Below, in pieces: positions 37,770-52,090 of a stretch of DNA of 64,000 nt. The notes below the pieces were generated by a model, which worked only from the letters and a program-made list of their open reading frames with translations, made no database searches and was not told the origin of the DNA. Position 1 is the first letter of the stretch, and every line of letters begins with the position of its first letter. The stretch lies in contig OX597833.1 in NCBI GenBank assembly GCA_951406725.2, positions 32,612,001 to 32,676,000 of the forward strand. Reading direction: 5' to 3'. The position numbers were made by a program, and so were the translations under genes. Origin of the DNA: Octopus vulgaris. Taxonomy: Eukaryota.

Positions 37770-39620
37770 AAAGCTCCCACCCGAGAAAAACAGCGACCAT
37801 TTTGGTCAAATATTTGGAACGTAAAGAAGGTTTTCAACCTGAATGCATTATGGTTAAATACAATTGAGAGAGGATACTGTCCCATCACTAACAGTAAAAC
37901 ATATGAGAGAGGATACTGTTCCAACACTAACAGTAAAACATACGCAATTGATGCAGAAACCTTCGCTATAGTGGTAAGCAAATTGCAGAATGGGAAGGCA
38001 TCTGGAAGGGACCTAACAGTTGGATATTCGCACAAGAAGTTGACATTTTATAGAAACCAATTGATATCAATGTTCAAAAGGACTATGGCACGTCAGACTG
38101 ATATACTAAATTAGCTTGCTACAGCAAGGGCAATTCTTGTTGCCACAAAAGAAATCACCGAGATGGCAGGAAACTACAGGCCCATTGCTTGCCTAAACAT
38201 TATGTACAAACTGTACACAAGTTGCCTCAACCATTTCTTCCAGGACCATTGTGAGTCAAACAACATTGTGATTAATGAACAGGCTGTTGGAAAGAAAGAA
38301 GTGTGGAGGTGTGCCGAACAACTTTTAATAAATAATGATACGCTGCCTGAAGTAAGAAAACAACACAGAAACCTTGTGACAGTATAGCTTGACTATAAGA
38401 AGGCATTCGAATCTATCTCTCATTCATAGCTGAAGTGCCTAAATCTGGTAAGGGTACCCACTGACTTAACTATAGATAACTGGGAACTTCCACAGAAACA
38501 GTGATGTTGACAGGCTCTACCTAAGAAGAAATGAAGGTGGTAGAGGCCTGAGATCAGTGTAGAGGCCTTCGAATGCCGTATAGTATTACTCGGGTAGCAC
38601 CTGCTAAACAACAGCAGCCAAAATAAATATATAAATGCAGTTCTAAAAAGTGAAGTGAGCTCCTCGAGAAGTACTCTCGTCTTGATGATTTACACAATCC
38701 CAAAACAGCTGGGCTCTCTTACCTCAGAGAGGACCTTGATGGAAAGCACTCAGCATACAAAAAAAAAAAAAAAAGACTATGCATGGGTATAATGCCCGGA
38801 AGCTTGAAGAAGACAGTAGAATTCAAACGAAGCGCAGCCTCTGTTGCGCGCAAGGCCACTACATCACACTTTGAAGGCTATGCGTTTGCAATCCAGGAAC
38901 ATGAATTTTCCACAAAGTAACTGGTAAACAAGAGAGACAGTGACGCTCTTGTAATCCCAAAGTACAACCGCTTGTGTAGGCTATGTCATGTTTCTGTGGA
39001 AGCCATCACGTATGTGATTAGCAGCTTTCCTAAAATGTCGTCATGGTACTACCTCCCTATGCGGCACGATGTTGTTGCTAAAGTAATTTACAATGCGATA
39101 CGCAAAAAAGACTGTCTTGAAATAAACTTTGAAAATCCCTCTGTTATGGAATACATGCATAAACACCAACTCAAGGAATACTAGCGGAATATTCCCATCA
39201 AAACTTCTATTGAATGTAAACATAACAGGCCAGATATTGTTGTTTGGGACAGAGAGGCAAAGGTACATACCATCACAGAGGTCAGCTGCCATGCAGATAT
39301 AAATATCTCTTTGAAAATCAAAGAAAACTATGGATTCATATTTATAACAATAATTATTGGAGCATTAGGGTTTGTTAGTAGAGGCTTAAAGGAGATTCTA
39401 GATAAACTAGGATTTTCAAAAAGAGAAATTGACCAGCTAGTTCGTACATTTTAAGTCCAATCTGTGAGTGGAACACTAAAAATATGCAAAACTTTTCTCA
39501 AGTGCCAAATGCGAATTTGTCTGTGTTAACTACATTCCAAAGATGGAGACTTGTATCTTTGTTGGAAACCGGCTCCCTCCTCAGTGGAAGATTTATAATA
39601 ATTAAAAAGTAGAAGAGATA
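37770..39620 (+). mobile_element. R4/Dong-like RLE non-LTR retrotransposon, internally deleted
   Basis: NYRPIACLNIMYKLYTS, LDYKKAF, SHFEGYAFAIQEHE, CRLC...MRHDVVAK, KHNRPDIVVWD. Confidence 0.85.
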
Positions 39621-39647
39621 TACATTTATGCATACATTCATACATAC

Positions 39648-40700
39648 TCGCACCTTTGCTGTTCACCAAAATGTTCTCACCATGTTGGCGGATGCTTTCC
39701 GCAACATCAATGAAACCAGCGTCACGATCAGATTCAGAACTGATTGCAGATTTTTCAACCTGCAGAGATTACAGGCAAAGACCAAGGTGAAAGAGGACTC
39801 AGTGTGTGACCCCCTGTTCGCAGACTATTGCGCTCTCAACACAACTATAGAGGCTCAAATATAACAGAGCTTTTCCACTGCCTGGAGGGACTTTGGCCTC
39901 ACAATCAGTACTCAAAAGACAGAGGTCATGCACCAAACTTACTCTACAAATGCAGTATGTGGAGCCAACTATCACTGTTGAAGGGGAAAACCTGAAGGTT
40001 GTTAAGTTCACATATTGCGACGGCACACACTCCAGATCTGTGAACATTGACGAGAAAGTCGACGCATTCACTGCATAGGGAAGCACTGTATTCGGGCGGC
40101 TATGTGAATCAGTATGAGAGAGGAGAGGCATTAAGATGGTCACCATGTTGAAGGTGTACCAAGCAGTTGTACTGCCTACACTAGTAAATGCCTGCGGGAT
40201 TTGGATGGCTTGCGATCGCCACACCAAACGGCTAAATCGCTTCTACGTGAACTGTCTGAGAAAACTGCTGAAAATCAGCTGGCAAGTCAAGGTCCAAGTC
40301 GTGGAGGTCTTCTCTAAAGATGATCTTCCAAGCGTTTACACACTGTTGAGGAGAGCGCAGGTCAGGTGAGCAGGCCACTTAATCCTCAAAAGACTGTTTT
40401 ATAGTGAAATGGCAGAAGACAGGTGCACACGATGTGGGCAGAAAAAGTGCTTCAATGATACACTCAAAGCCTCACTGAAGTACATGCAGATCAACCTTGA
40501 CACTCGGGAAATGTGAACAGAGGGCCGCCCTACCTAGCGTAGCAGTACGAAGAGGTGCCACCTCCAACGAACAGAATTGGATTGTAAGAACACAAAAAGA
40601 AATGTGAGCTGCGCAAGTCCAGTGTCAAATCTTTGCCTCCATGCCCAGCAGAAAACCAGATCTGCGGCAGAACCTTTCGAGCACGTATTAGATTGTTTCA
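39648..40700 (+). mobile_element. RTE/BovB-like LINE 3' fragment
   Basis: FRTDCRFFNLQRLQAKTKV...LFADYCAL, KVYQAVVLPTL, LRKLLKISWQ, AQVR*AGH. Confidence 0.87.
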
Positions 40701-40848
40701 AGCAGTGAAAATGTAGCAAAGCTAGGGAGGGGACGGCGTCCTAGCATGGCCGCAGCTGAAAAGAAAAAATACATATAATGTATACATAAATATATACATA
40801 TAACGCATGTACTCCATTACATTACATTGTACTATATATACAATGGCA

Positions 40849-41289
40849 GGATGTTTACCATTTGACCAGCAGATTTAGAAAATAATTTTTGTAACTAAAC
40901 ACTTTCAAACTTCGTATACTGGTAAACCCTAGCCCTAACCCTAAAACCCTAACCCTAAAATCCTAACTCTAACCCTAAAACCTTAAAGCTAAAACTTGTA
41001 CAAACGCACGAATGATGTCATAAATAACAGTGACAAACGAAAAATACAACGCCGATAGTTGTTGTTGAGAAACAACGGCAATAATTTTATTCACCTGAAT
41101 ACACGTCATTGATTGGTTGAAATTACCGAAATACTTTAACACGAAACAACTTCGTAAACATAAACTTTTCTCAAAAACGCTAAGAGTAAAAGATCTTTTA
41201 TATGACACATTCTATCAGTATACGAAGTTTGAAAGTGTTTAGTTACAAAAAATTATTTTCTAAATCTGCCGGTCAAATGGTAAAGATCC
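40849..41289. mobile_element. MITE with TIRs of about 75 bp, 8-bp TSD and internal telomere-like repeats
   Basis: TIR GGAT(G/C)TTTACCATTTGACC(A/G)GCAGATTTAGAAAATAATTTTT...CTTCGTATACTG; flanks CAATGGCA (40841-40848) and CAATGGCG (41290-41297); CCCTAA variants at 40925-40985. Confidence 0.92.
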
Positions 41290-41428
41290 CAATGGCGAAA
41301 CAAATTATTATTTCGAACAGGAAGCCTTGAGTAGCCGTATTTACAAGATTTGTGCTTTCTTATCATAAGAATATCAATTCGCTCTTAGCTGATCGAATGA
41401 TTTTGTATTTGTTGAAGCATTAACACAT

Positions 41429-41531
<103 letters not shown>

Positions 41532-41542
41532 TACATATGCAT

Positions 41543-41628
<86 letters not shown>

Positions 41629-41632
<4 letters not shown>

Positions 41633-42065
41633 GGGGTTGGACAAAATTATGGAAATATCTTAAAATTTCAAACAAATTAATTTTGATATGGGGTAGGACC
41701 GCCTTTGGCAATAATTACAGCTTGAATTCTACGAGGTATGGACGCGTACAAAATTTGAATTGTTTCCAAAGGAATTTTTGTCCACTCTTCAGCTAAAATA
41801 GTTTCCAGTTCTTGTAGTGATGATGGTAGAGGATGTTGACTTCTTACTTGTTTTTCTAAAATGCACCATAATTGTTCGATAATATTGAGATCTGGGAACT
41901 GTGGTGGCCAGATAAGATGTTCAACTTCACGAGAATATTCTTCGTGTCATTCAGTAACAACTTTAGCAATGTGAATTGGTGAAATTTCATCCTGGAAGAT
42001 TTCCTTTCCCTCCGGAAACAGTTCCGCAACCATAGGATGAAGACACTTTTCAAAGGTACTACGCA
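41629..42065 (-). mobile_element. Tc1-family transposon 3' end
   Basis: Minus strand WPPQFPDLNIIEQLW...IPRRIQAVI..GGPTPY; terminus TA-CAGGGGGTTGGACAAAATTATGGAAA. Confidence 0.85.
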
Positions 42066-43002
42066 TTCGTATTGAAGCCGGCTTAATGTGGTTGGAAAGC
42101 AAGTTTCTTGTCACGCCGGTACATAAGTATGTATATATATTAATATATGAGTGTGTGTGTGTGTGTGTGTGTGTATTCACTGTATCCTTATAAACAGCCT
42201 TTTCATTGTAGAAAACGACTAACAAGTGTTATACATACATACATATATATACACTTGCATATATTCATACATACATGCATAAATACACACACACACACAC
42301 ACATATCATACATATGTGTGTATATATATGTATATATCGTTATTAGGACAGAGCAAAACAGAAATTTAAAGAGAATACAAAGGTGGAGGAAAGTGGAGGA
42401 AAGGAAAGAGAAAGTTAGGACGAGGGAAGCAGTTAATAATATAGATGTGGAAATGGGTGAAAGCAATGATAACAGGGAATTCCAAATAGGGAAGGTGGAG
42501 TGATAGTAGGTGGAGCAGATTTTGAAGGGTATTATGACAAGGCTAGAAGTCGGATAGAAGACAACCCACAAATGGGGGTGGGTGGGGAATAGGCTGAGCG
42601 TGGTAGGATACAAGAGAGGAAGGATGATAAAGCGGCGGGTGGAGACGGGTAGGTGATGTGGACAAGGTATTTTAAGAAGAGAAAGCGACGAAGAGCTGGG
42701 GGAGAGGGTATGCAGTTCAAAGAGATGTGGGAAGGAATAGAGTGACCAGAAGGAGTGGGTGGATGGGTACTCAGTGTCAACGTTTAAGTATATACTTACA
42801 GACATGTCAGAAAAATTTTAACGAATGATAAAGAGGTGGCTTTGTGAATTATATTGACTAATTTATGAGGAATGTATTAAAACTGTTTTTAACACTGAAT
42901 TCTACTATAACTACTATTAATTGATCTGAATTATATACACATACATACACATAATTTCCTTTATTTTCTACTGGTTAACACACACTAACACACACACATA
43001 TA

Positions 43003-43128
43003 TACGTCGGGCTTCTTTCAGTTTCCCTCTACCAAATCCGAGAGGCTACAGTAGAAGACATTTGCCCAAGGTGTCACGCAGTGGGACTGAACCCGGAACC
43101 ATATGATTGGGAAGCAAGCTTCTCACTG
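43003..43128 (-). mobile_element. SINE family A fragment
   Basis: AGAAGACATTTGCCCAAGGTGTCACGCAGTGGGACTGAACCCGGAACCA matches family A. Confidence 0.8.
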
Positions 43129-43129
43129 C

Positions 43130-43231
<102 letters not shown>

Positions 43232-43505
43232 GCATATATATCTATGTCTATATATATGCATATATATATACATACATACATAACTGTGTGTGGGTGTGTG
43301 TGTGTGTTTGTGGTGATATAAAGCCATAATTTTAAGCAAAACTAAAAACGTAGTGTTTTCGGTTGGCTGACTCTACACTGAGAGTAGACTCTAATTCCTT
43401 CTGACGATCAGGTTGGCTGGGATTTCAAGATTTGCCTAGTGAAACTTGAATTTCACTACGTACGTACGTGCCTACGTACTCATTTATACATACACACATG
43501 CATAC

Positions 43506-43558
<53 letters not shown>

Positions 43559-43605
43559 TACATACATACATACATACATACATACATACATACATACATA
43601 CATAC

Positions 43606-43898
43606 ATCAAGGAATAGGAAATATCAATCAAATGCCTGATGCACAAAAGGGCTGGAGATACAGGAAAAGCCGTAAAATGTTTATATCCGTAACTATTGGG
43701 ACACTGATATATATAACAGACTGCTTATATATCAATCTTGAGGAATTAGGCTTCTCAAAATCAGAAAGGAGAAAGCTGATTCGAAGACTAAAGGCCCAAG
43801 CCTTCACTTAAACTAAATATCTGCAAAACCGTCCAGAAGTTTATCATTTAAGTATATGAGCATGTATAGATATGCAAGTATATGCATGAGAAGACATA
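43606..43898 (+). mobile_element. R4/Dong-like 3' terminal fragment
   Basis: NLEELGFSKSERRKLIRRL; the 3' UTR GAGCATGTATAGATATGCAAGTATATGCATGAGAAGACATAC matches the reverse complement of 22735-22790. Confidence 0.75.
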
Positions 43899-45517
43899 CT
43901 GTTGTGTGGAAGTAGAACACCCCTATTTGGTTGACTCCTAATGGACTGTGCCACAATATAAATGGACATGCGCAGAGAGTGTGGGGTGAGAGTCGGCGAC
44001 CGTTTTGGTTTACGTGTGATTTATTGGAATTGCCGCTTCAGCCCAGGCTGGTGTTAATTTTGAACGGTTGTTTGTAAAAGTTGTTACTTTGTTGAATTTT
44101 TTTCCGAATTTTTTATGTATGGCTTGTTAAACAAGCTTGTGTTTTTGTTGTTTCTCCTCCCGCGCGAGGGATGGAGGCAGAGATACTAGGTGCAGGCATA
44201 GAAAAAAAGTGTTAGCTGCGCAGCAGTAGCTGGAAAGATGAATGGAACGAGCGAAGCGAGGTTCGAATTACGAGAGGTAGTTGTACCTATTGATGAACTG
44301 CGAAAGTGTAAGATGTTTGCCGAAGGGGAGGGAGGCAAAGCAATGCTGACCCCTCCTAAAGATTTTTTTAGCAAAGGTGGAAGGGAAAACGCTTGTTTAC
44401 AGGACACTCAGCGGGAAGGAGGGAAGAATAGAAATGGCGAAGGAGGAGGATATCGAAAGTTGTCTGGAGTGTATCGAAGACAAAATAACTTTTTACACGC
44501 GTGGAAAGAAGTTCGGTACTGTCGAGGTGAGATTCCTCTCCACAGAGGAAACAATAAAGAGCTGCACTGTGCCTATTGGAGATGAGGAATGGAGGCTCCT
44601 GCCAACTTGGGTAGAATAGCCAGAGTAAGGTTCGGCAGGATTCCTCTGGAAATGAAGGAAGAATGGATGGCGGCGTCAGTATTATCCACTACAAAAGAAG
44701 AGCCGAGCATTGTATCAACTACAAGAACGCAGAAACTAAACTGATGGTGATACACCCTACAGTTATTAGTTCAGATAACTCTATCCGATATGAACTAGAT
44801 TCCAGAGATAATTGAACTCCCGGATGCGAGAAAACTACACGTGACAGTGGAGGGGAGACCCCTCACTTGTTATGGATGTGGACGGAAGAGGCACATGAAA
44901 AAGAGGTGCCCCAAAGTACAATTGAACCGAGTAACGAGGAAGAAATACTGTCGGAGCTCGAAGATGTAGCAGAGACGGAAGAAAAAAGTGAAGTAGAACC
45001 AACAGAGAACGAGAGACCGCTCACCCAAGTCGTCAGAAAGAGAGGTAAGAGTGACTGTTCTCCGAAAACTTCCAAAAAGAAGAGGAAAAAGACTCCCAAA
45101 ATAGCAGAGATAGAAAACCACACATCACAGTAAAGCAACACGGAGACTCCCAGTGTGCAGGAAAAGAAAGACGAGCAGACCACGGATTAGAAGGAAGAAT
45201 ATGTGCGATCGAAAGAACAATAGATAGAATGAAAAACGTAACAAAAGTAACGTTACGTGAATCCCAAGATAAATGTATCTTAGGAGACGTAAAGAGGTAA
45301 AACTTTTTGAAAAAATATTATGGAGATACCATTCCGATTACACCAGTGAGGATGAAGTATAAATATCTACCCCTAGTGGTAAGATATGAAGCTATAGACT
45401 TGGTTATAATAACATGGGTTACAGACTGATACTTAATTGAATTGTAAAGAACAGTAAACGCAATTGCTTGAGGGTGGGGCTCTGTTGGCAAGAAATTTGA
45501 AATAAAAGTGAAAAACG
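43899..45517 (+). mobile_element. Tx1/L1-like LINE 5' part (UTR and ORF1 remnant)
   Basis: ORF1-like pieces with zinc knuckle VTVEGRPLTCYGCGRKRHMKKRCP (about 44841-44912), resembling ORF1 at 22400-22460. Confidence 0.65.
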
Positions 45518-45528
45518 ACATACATACA

Positions 45529-45562
<34 letters not shown>

Positions 45563-45639
45563 CAAAACAGCTAGACTAACATACCTCAAAGAAGACCCCG
45601 TTGTGAAACGCTCAGCATGCCAAAAATGATGATGAAAGG

Positions 45640-46462
45640 GAATGGTGCACGAAGACTTTATAATGATACTAACATCAGAATAAAATGCAGCCTGTTTCGG
45701 AATCGCGTCTAAAATATCACATTTCCTTTCGAAGGTTATGCGTTTGAAAACTAAGAGTCAAAAAAGACAGTGAAGCTGTTTGAATTCCAAGATGCAACTG
45801 GAAATGTAGATCGTGTCACCGTCCCGTGGAAGACTTCATGCATGTGATCAGCAGCTGCCCAAGAATGTCCTCAGGATATTACCTTCCAATGCGACACGAC
45901 GTTGTTGCCAAGACTATAAAATGAATGCTGTCCAAAGATAAAAGATTGACCTGGGATAAAGAGAATACACATGTTATTAATGCATACATAAACATCAATA
46001 CAAGGAATACTGGTGGGACATATATCAAAGCTTCTACCAAGTGCAAACATAATGGGACAGATATATTTGAGTGGGACATACATGAAAAGTTATGTACCGT
46101 TATGGAGATGAGATGTCCTACTGATGTGAATATCTTTTCGAAAATCAAAGAGGATAACTACGTTCAGCTATTTCGAAACCTTCAGATTCCATAACCAAAT
46201 TATAAATTCACATTTATACCTATAGTAATTGGTGCGGGTAGTTTGTAAACTTAAGCGACAATCTGGAAAAGCTAGGAGGTTCAGAAAAGAAATAACGTAT
46301 ATGACAAATATAAACTACAGCCGGAACAGTAAAAATATACGAGACATTTCCCAATCCCAAAATGTAACATTGTATTATCTATATCCCAATGATGGGACTT
46401 TGTGTCTTTCTGAGCAATCAGCTCCTTTGTTACAGGAAGACTTCAAATAATTAAAACCAGAA
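45640..46462 (+). mobile_element. R4/Dong-like RLE fragment
   Basis: HVISSCPRMSSGYYLPMRHDVVAK, EYWW, TKCKHNGTDIFEWD...MRCPTDVNI. Confidence 0.8.
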
Positions 46463-46487
46463 TATACATACATGCATGCACGCATAT

Positions 46488-46570
<83 letters not shown>

Positions 46571-47761
46571 CACATACACAGATTCACGTATACACGTGTA
46601 CATGCACGCGTACATGCAGGCATACATACGAGCCTATGTGTGTACGTACGTTCATAAAATGTAGGCACAATACATGGAATTTTAAGGGATGGAAGTTAAT
46701 TGATTAAATCAGTCTTAGTACTTGACAAGTAATTTACTCTATCTAACCAGCATATGTGATATATGATATATATATATGTAAAACCGCAGCAGTCGAATAC
46801 GACTTGGTTGCATGATGAATAGTAAAGTTGACAGCGGCAAGAAATTACTACTAGTCATTTTCAGACGGTCTAATGAGTTTACCAATTTGGCATCATTTAT
46901 AGCGACATAAATAATGAGATGAAACGTAACAATAACAATAAAATTAAATGAAGATTAAAATAAAAGAGAAAACGCACCTAAAATTGCACGGCAAACTAGA
47001 AGTTTTCGCTAAACACCAAACTTTTCTAACCATTGAGTAAAATATAAGAAATTTTACATCGCATTGTAAATGTAGGTTAACCAATCCTCTAAATCTGAAA
47101 AGGGATTAGTTAGTAAGAATTTTCTAAACAGTATTAACAGTAATATCACAAAGGCCCAAACCTAAGTCAGTTCAATAACGCGGATGATGATGTTATTATT
47201 TTACTTTTACTTCCTACACCCAACTTGCCTTTCCCACATCTTTCCTTTTAGGACTTCCATTGACTATAAGAACTAAGATGAACTAATTTACAATTCCTCA
47301 AGACAAAATATTTATCTTGATGGAAATAGAAGTTTGAAAAACATAGTCTTTCAAATTATTTCACATTTTCTGATATCATGCGGAGATAAACAGGATTTTG
47401 ATGACTGAAACTACGAAATCAAGGATTAGTTAACTATTAATGTTTTCTAAATACATGTATGTATGTATGCATGTAGGTTGGTCGGTCGATCAGTATGTAG
47501 GTAGGTAGATATATAATACATTTGTATGTATGCATGTATACTTGTGTGCATATACAGTTATCCCCTTTTTTTTTTTACGGTGGAATTGTTTCTGCCAGCC
47601 ACTGTGCAAATCAAAGCCATATAAACCGAGGAAGATATCTGTACTATAATGGGAATCAGCTTATTAATTAATTAGAAGTATGTAACTTACTACAAATAAA
47701 AAACAATTCTTAGAATCTCCATTCTCTATAAAATTCTAAAAAATTCCAGTTTTAATATATA

Positions 47762-48161
47762 CTAGCAGTATCGCCCGGCGTTGCTCGGGTTTGTAAGGGA
47801 AATAACTATATAAGTATTTTTAGAGACGTAAAGTATAATAGCCATCTCAATATAGCTAACCACAAAGGGGGGGGGGGTGTTACTGTAGTTTTTTACGTTC
47901 TGAGATTTAATAATAAATTTTTAGAGAGTTACTTCCCTTATATATGCCAAAAATGCATTAAAAATGGGAAAAATTGATGGTAAATTTTTTAAAATATCGT
48001 AGACTCATCGTAGACGCGCGCTAATACCCAGAAGGGCTCGATATGAATCACGACTATAAGATACCCGGTTTTGGTTAAACTGCACCGCAAAATGTTGGAG
48101 TAGTTAGGAATCTAAATCGTAGGAGACAGACAGCACACAACCTCACTTTTATATATAAAGA
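47762..48161 (-). mobile_element. Non-autonomous Helitron, 400 bp, complete ends
   Basis: Minus strand A|TCTTTATATATAAAAGTGAGGTTGTGTG...CCCGAGCAACGCCGGG hairpin...CTAG|T. Confidence 0.9.
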
Positions 48162-48595
48162 TTTATTTTTATCAAGATGTTTTTATGCTTCTTTCCGACT
48201 AAGCGATTAATTTTGATTTTTTGCGTGTCTTATGCTGCGTGATACCCCTTTCTAATGTCCTACTGGCTCCCCGCCCCTCTCTCTATCTCTATTTCTCTCT
48301 TCCTCTCTCCCTTTCATTATTTCTTTCCACCTCTTCTTTGCTTATATATTTCCGACAGATATTTCCTTTACCTCCATTGTTCGTGTTATCGTAGTTCGTA
48401 TGATGAACAAGAAAAAATATCATTTCCTATCTCTGTATGTTTGTAGTTGTATGTTTATAAGGTTATTAATATATAAGTCGATGGAAAAGAAAGAAATTAT
48501 GCAATCATATGCGTTAGAACTATGCGTAAGTTTTTCAAATTTTTCTTTTACTTTCCAGTACACTCCCTAAAATTTTCATGATACCTTAAAAAATA

Positions 48596-49720
48596 CAGGG
48601 TATCCCGAAATTAATTCAACCGAAGTTTCTTGCTTTAATAACTATCAATAAATGTGATAGGGTATGAAAATTAAACATCATTATAAAGTATAGTGTGCCT
48701 TCGTTTCACTTTAGACTAAATAAATTCAGATTTATAAATTAGATAATGGCTATTGACCGAAATACAATCATAACCCTCCACAATGGAGACGAAAGTAAAA
48801 TGCTTAATATTAACCGAACAACAGTCTGGAAAATTGGCAATAAATTTCAAGAGACTCGTTCCATCGCTAATCGATCTGGACATGGCCGAAAATGAAGTGT
48901 GATGACACCTCTGCTTATCAAAAGTACCTGAGAAAGGGTACGGTGAAATCCTTGTTCCGTCAGAAAACTGGCTGCTACGGTAAAAATATGCCAAACATCG
49001 ACGTAGGATCTCAGGACCCACCCTTAAAAGATGATCCGTCGCCATGAGCTCATGCAAGTTTATAAGGCCATGAGATTGGAAGAAAGTCGTCTTATCCTGT
49101 ATCAGATTGCTGAAAGCACACTGCCCAACCTGGTATTCACTGATGAAAAGAAATTTGACATCGAACAGATAGTAAACCACAATAATGACTGACTTTGGAG
49201 TGTATCTGACTCTGTCAAGAGTAGACTTGTAAATCGACGTCAAAATCCTCTGTCAGTTATGGTTTGGGTGGCTGTGACTGCTACTGGAAGGTCTCCCGTC
49301 GTTTTGTGCCCTGGGACGTTGAAATTAACACCAAGCGATACATTAGCGACATTCTGGAAGCTGAACTGCCTCCATAGGCAAATGAACACTTTCAAGGTAC
49401 ACTTTAGAGTCTCCAACAGGACTTGACACCATTCCACAGCTCCAGACACAGCACTGGATTCAGAAAAAACATTCAGTTGTTCATAGGCAAGGATATGTGG
49501 CACTCAAGAAGCGCTGATGTCAACCCGTTGAAATTTTCTCTTTGGTTCATTTTGAAGACTAGGGTCCCAAGCACTCCTCATGCTTCTCATGACAAAAGAG
49601 GGTATAGAATTTAACTATTCGTTGTGGATGTCAGCTTTATAGCGTCGTATAAGAGGTGTTCCTCAGCGCATCGGTCTTTTATTTAAGTAAATAAAAAGAA
49701 AAGGACGATTCTGAACAAGA
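48596..49720 (+). mobile_element. Tc1/mariner transposase remnant, maT (DD37D)-like
   Basis: INRTTVWKI...SGHGRK, FTDEKKFDIEQ..NHNND, QNPLSVMVWVAVT, QQD, WHSRSADVNPLKFSLW; left end TA-CAGGG. Confidence 0.8.
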
Positions 49721-49779
49721 TGAGTGATATATGCCAATACACTCTCTGCTATCAGATCACTTTTGTAACTTTTTATCGA

Positions 49780-49895
49780 TTAAAATATGTATGTGTGTGT
49801 GTGTACACGCGCACACACACACATTTATATACGACGAGCTTCTTTCAGTTTCCGTCTACCAAATCCACTCTTTGGTCGGCCCGGCGCTATAACAG
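49780..49895 (-). mobile_element. SINE family A fragment
   Basis: ACGACGAGCTTCTTTCAGTTTCCGTCTACCAAATCCACTC matches family A. Confidence 0.75.
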
Positions 49896-49994
49896 CAGAC
49901 ATATATATATATTCACGCATGCTTATACATACACACACATTCACCAACACATGCACACATATATGTGTGTGTGTGTGTGTGTGTGTATGCGTTG

Positions 49995-50160
49995 TCCTAG
50001 AAATATCCTAGAAATTTCACACTGCCTTGGCTTTGTTGTCTCATTTTATTTTAACATATACACGCTCACATGCCATGCGTGTTAGACTTCTAACTCATGC
50101 TATTATAGAATCGGGAGTCTAACACGGTTTGGGTCTTCTGGATACCAAAACCTCTCATAT
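49995..50160 (+). mobile_element. PLE terminal fragment, same family as 62505-62692
   Basis: CTTGGCTTTGT.GTCTCATTTTATT...GGTCTTCTGGATACCAA is shared between the two loci. Confidence 0.6.
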
Positions 50161-50357
50161 ATAAACATGCACATACGTACAAACACTTGATTAAAAATCA
50201 CAATTTTTATCTGAAAACGATGACAAATTTCTGACGAAGAGTAACGCGAAACTCAGCAACTGTTTATGAAGATTTTTTTTCAGCTTTAATAAAAACATAT
50301 TTCTCTACTTTCGTTATTGCAGTTTTTCTTCCACTTTCTTTGCATTCATGTGTTTAC

Positions 50358-50488
<131 letters not shown>

Positions 50489-51005
50489 TGTGCGTATGTG
50501 CGTGCGTGTGTGTACTTGTATTTATATGTATGTATATATATCGCAAGTTCATCTAATGAGTACGTGAGACACAAAAGTTTGAAAAAACTTATCCTCATTA
50601 TTGCACTCGTAACAAAACTATAATTAAACGAAAAAAAAAAAAAAACTATTCAACTGTTCATTTATATCATATGTGGTATTTCGAGTATTTCTATTCTAGA
50701 TGAGGTTAATTTATAATAAGGTAGGCTAATTAACAGCCAAATGCTCCGCTAATGGAAACATCCAGCTGAGCCAAATTTAATTACTTTTTCATGAACTAAA
50801 GACATTCTTCTGAAATTTTTAATTAGTTGAAATTAATTGACTTCACATATTTTGGACTACTTTAGTGTGTCATGAAAAAACATATGTTATACTGATCTTA
50901 GTTTGTCTTAATCTGTACACACACAGACAGACAGGTAGAAATACAGACATACACATATATATACGCACACACACACACACACGCGCACACACATGTGTAC
51001 ATGCA

Positions 51006-51093
<88 letters not shown>

Positions 51094-51719
51094 CACACAC
51101 ACACATACGCATATCCATGATAATGATGATGCACAACCTAAAAGTTAAGGTCCGCTAAGACTTGTAGAGCTACTCATAGACCCTCTCAACTCTATTGACA
51201 TGTTCCAGTGAAGCAAGATATCTAGTGCCAAAATGAGTCGCAGGCTCAAGAATCTGGGAGTTCCATAATCTGAAGGGCAAACGAATGATCCCCCAAATGG
51301 TAAATGCCATTCCTTGCATATCTGCTTTTATATCAATGACGTTCTAGAGACGTGCTTTAACAAACGTTAAGAGATGCCTCACTCATAGTGGACTTCCAAC
51401 ACGCAGGGCACAAACAGGGAATATCTAAGGGGCCGTGCATACAGTTTACATATTTACATACATACATACATACATACACACATACACACATACACACATA
51501 CACACACACATACATACATACATACATACATACATACATGCATACATACATACATGCATACATACATACATGCATGCATACATACATCACATGGAAAAAT
51601 GCGAGCAAGGGGAATAATATTCATAAGATTGTAAACATGGAAAAGTTCAGGACAAGTTATTACATCTGGTAAAGTACAGAATAAGAAAATGTTAATGGTT
51701 TTACATTTGGTTAAGAACT

Positions 51720-51962
51720 AACTTATATTTTGCATTTGCGGCTCCGTTGGTGGCTAATGAGCCCTGCTCATGACAAGCATACACGACTGCAAACATTGCA
51801 GACCAAGGTTTCCCCATTCACTATACGAGCCGTGCGCTTTCGCGCAGCTCGCCTAAGTTCTTCATACTGGATAACGTGCTCTCTCAAAAGTGTCGATCCC
51901 CTCCTTAACCTGCTTCCTCCATCTGTGGCGATGACAGGCATTGTTCTCCCAGTCAGTGTCTT
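51720..51962 (-). mobile_element. RTE LINE 3' end with one C2H2 finger
   Basis: YEELRRAARKR...LVCNVCSRVCLS*AGLISHQRS, homologous to the first finger of the 2381-5585 element. Confidence 0.8.
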
Positions 51963-51993
51963 GCATACATACATGCATACATACATACATACA

Positions 51994-52090
<97 letters not shown>

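Noticed and set aside
37866-37943. 39-bp in-frame tandem duplication (ERGYC..TNSKTY twice)
   Set aside because: Real but a trivial slippage event in a dead R4/Dong-like ORF.
43401-43456. CTGACGA...GAAACTTGAATT hammerhead-like motif
   Set aside because: No stem I pairing and stem III is broken; at best a decayed remnant.
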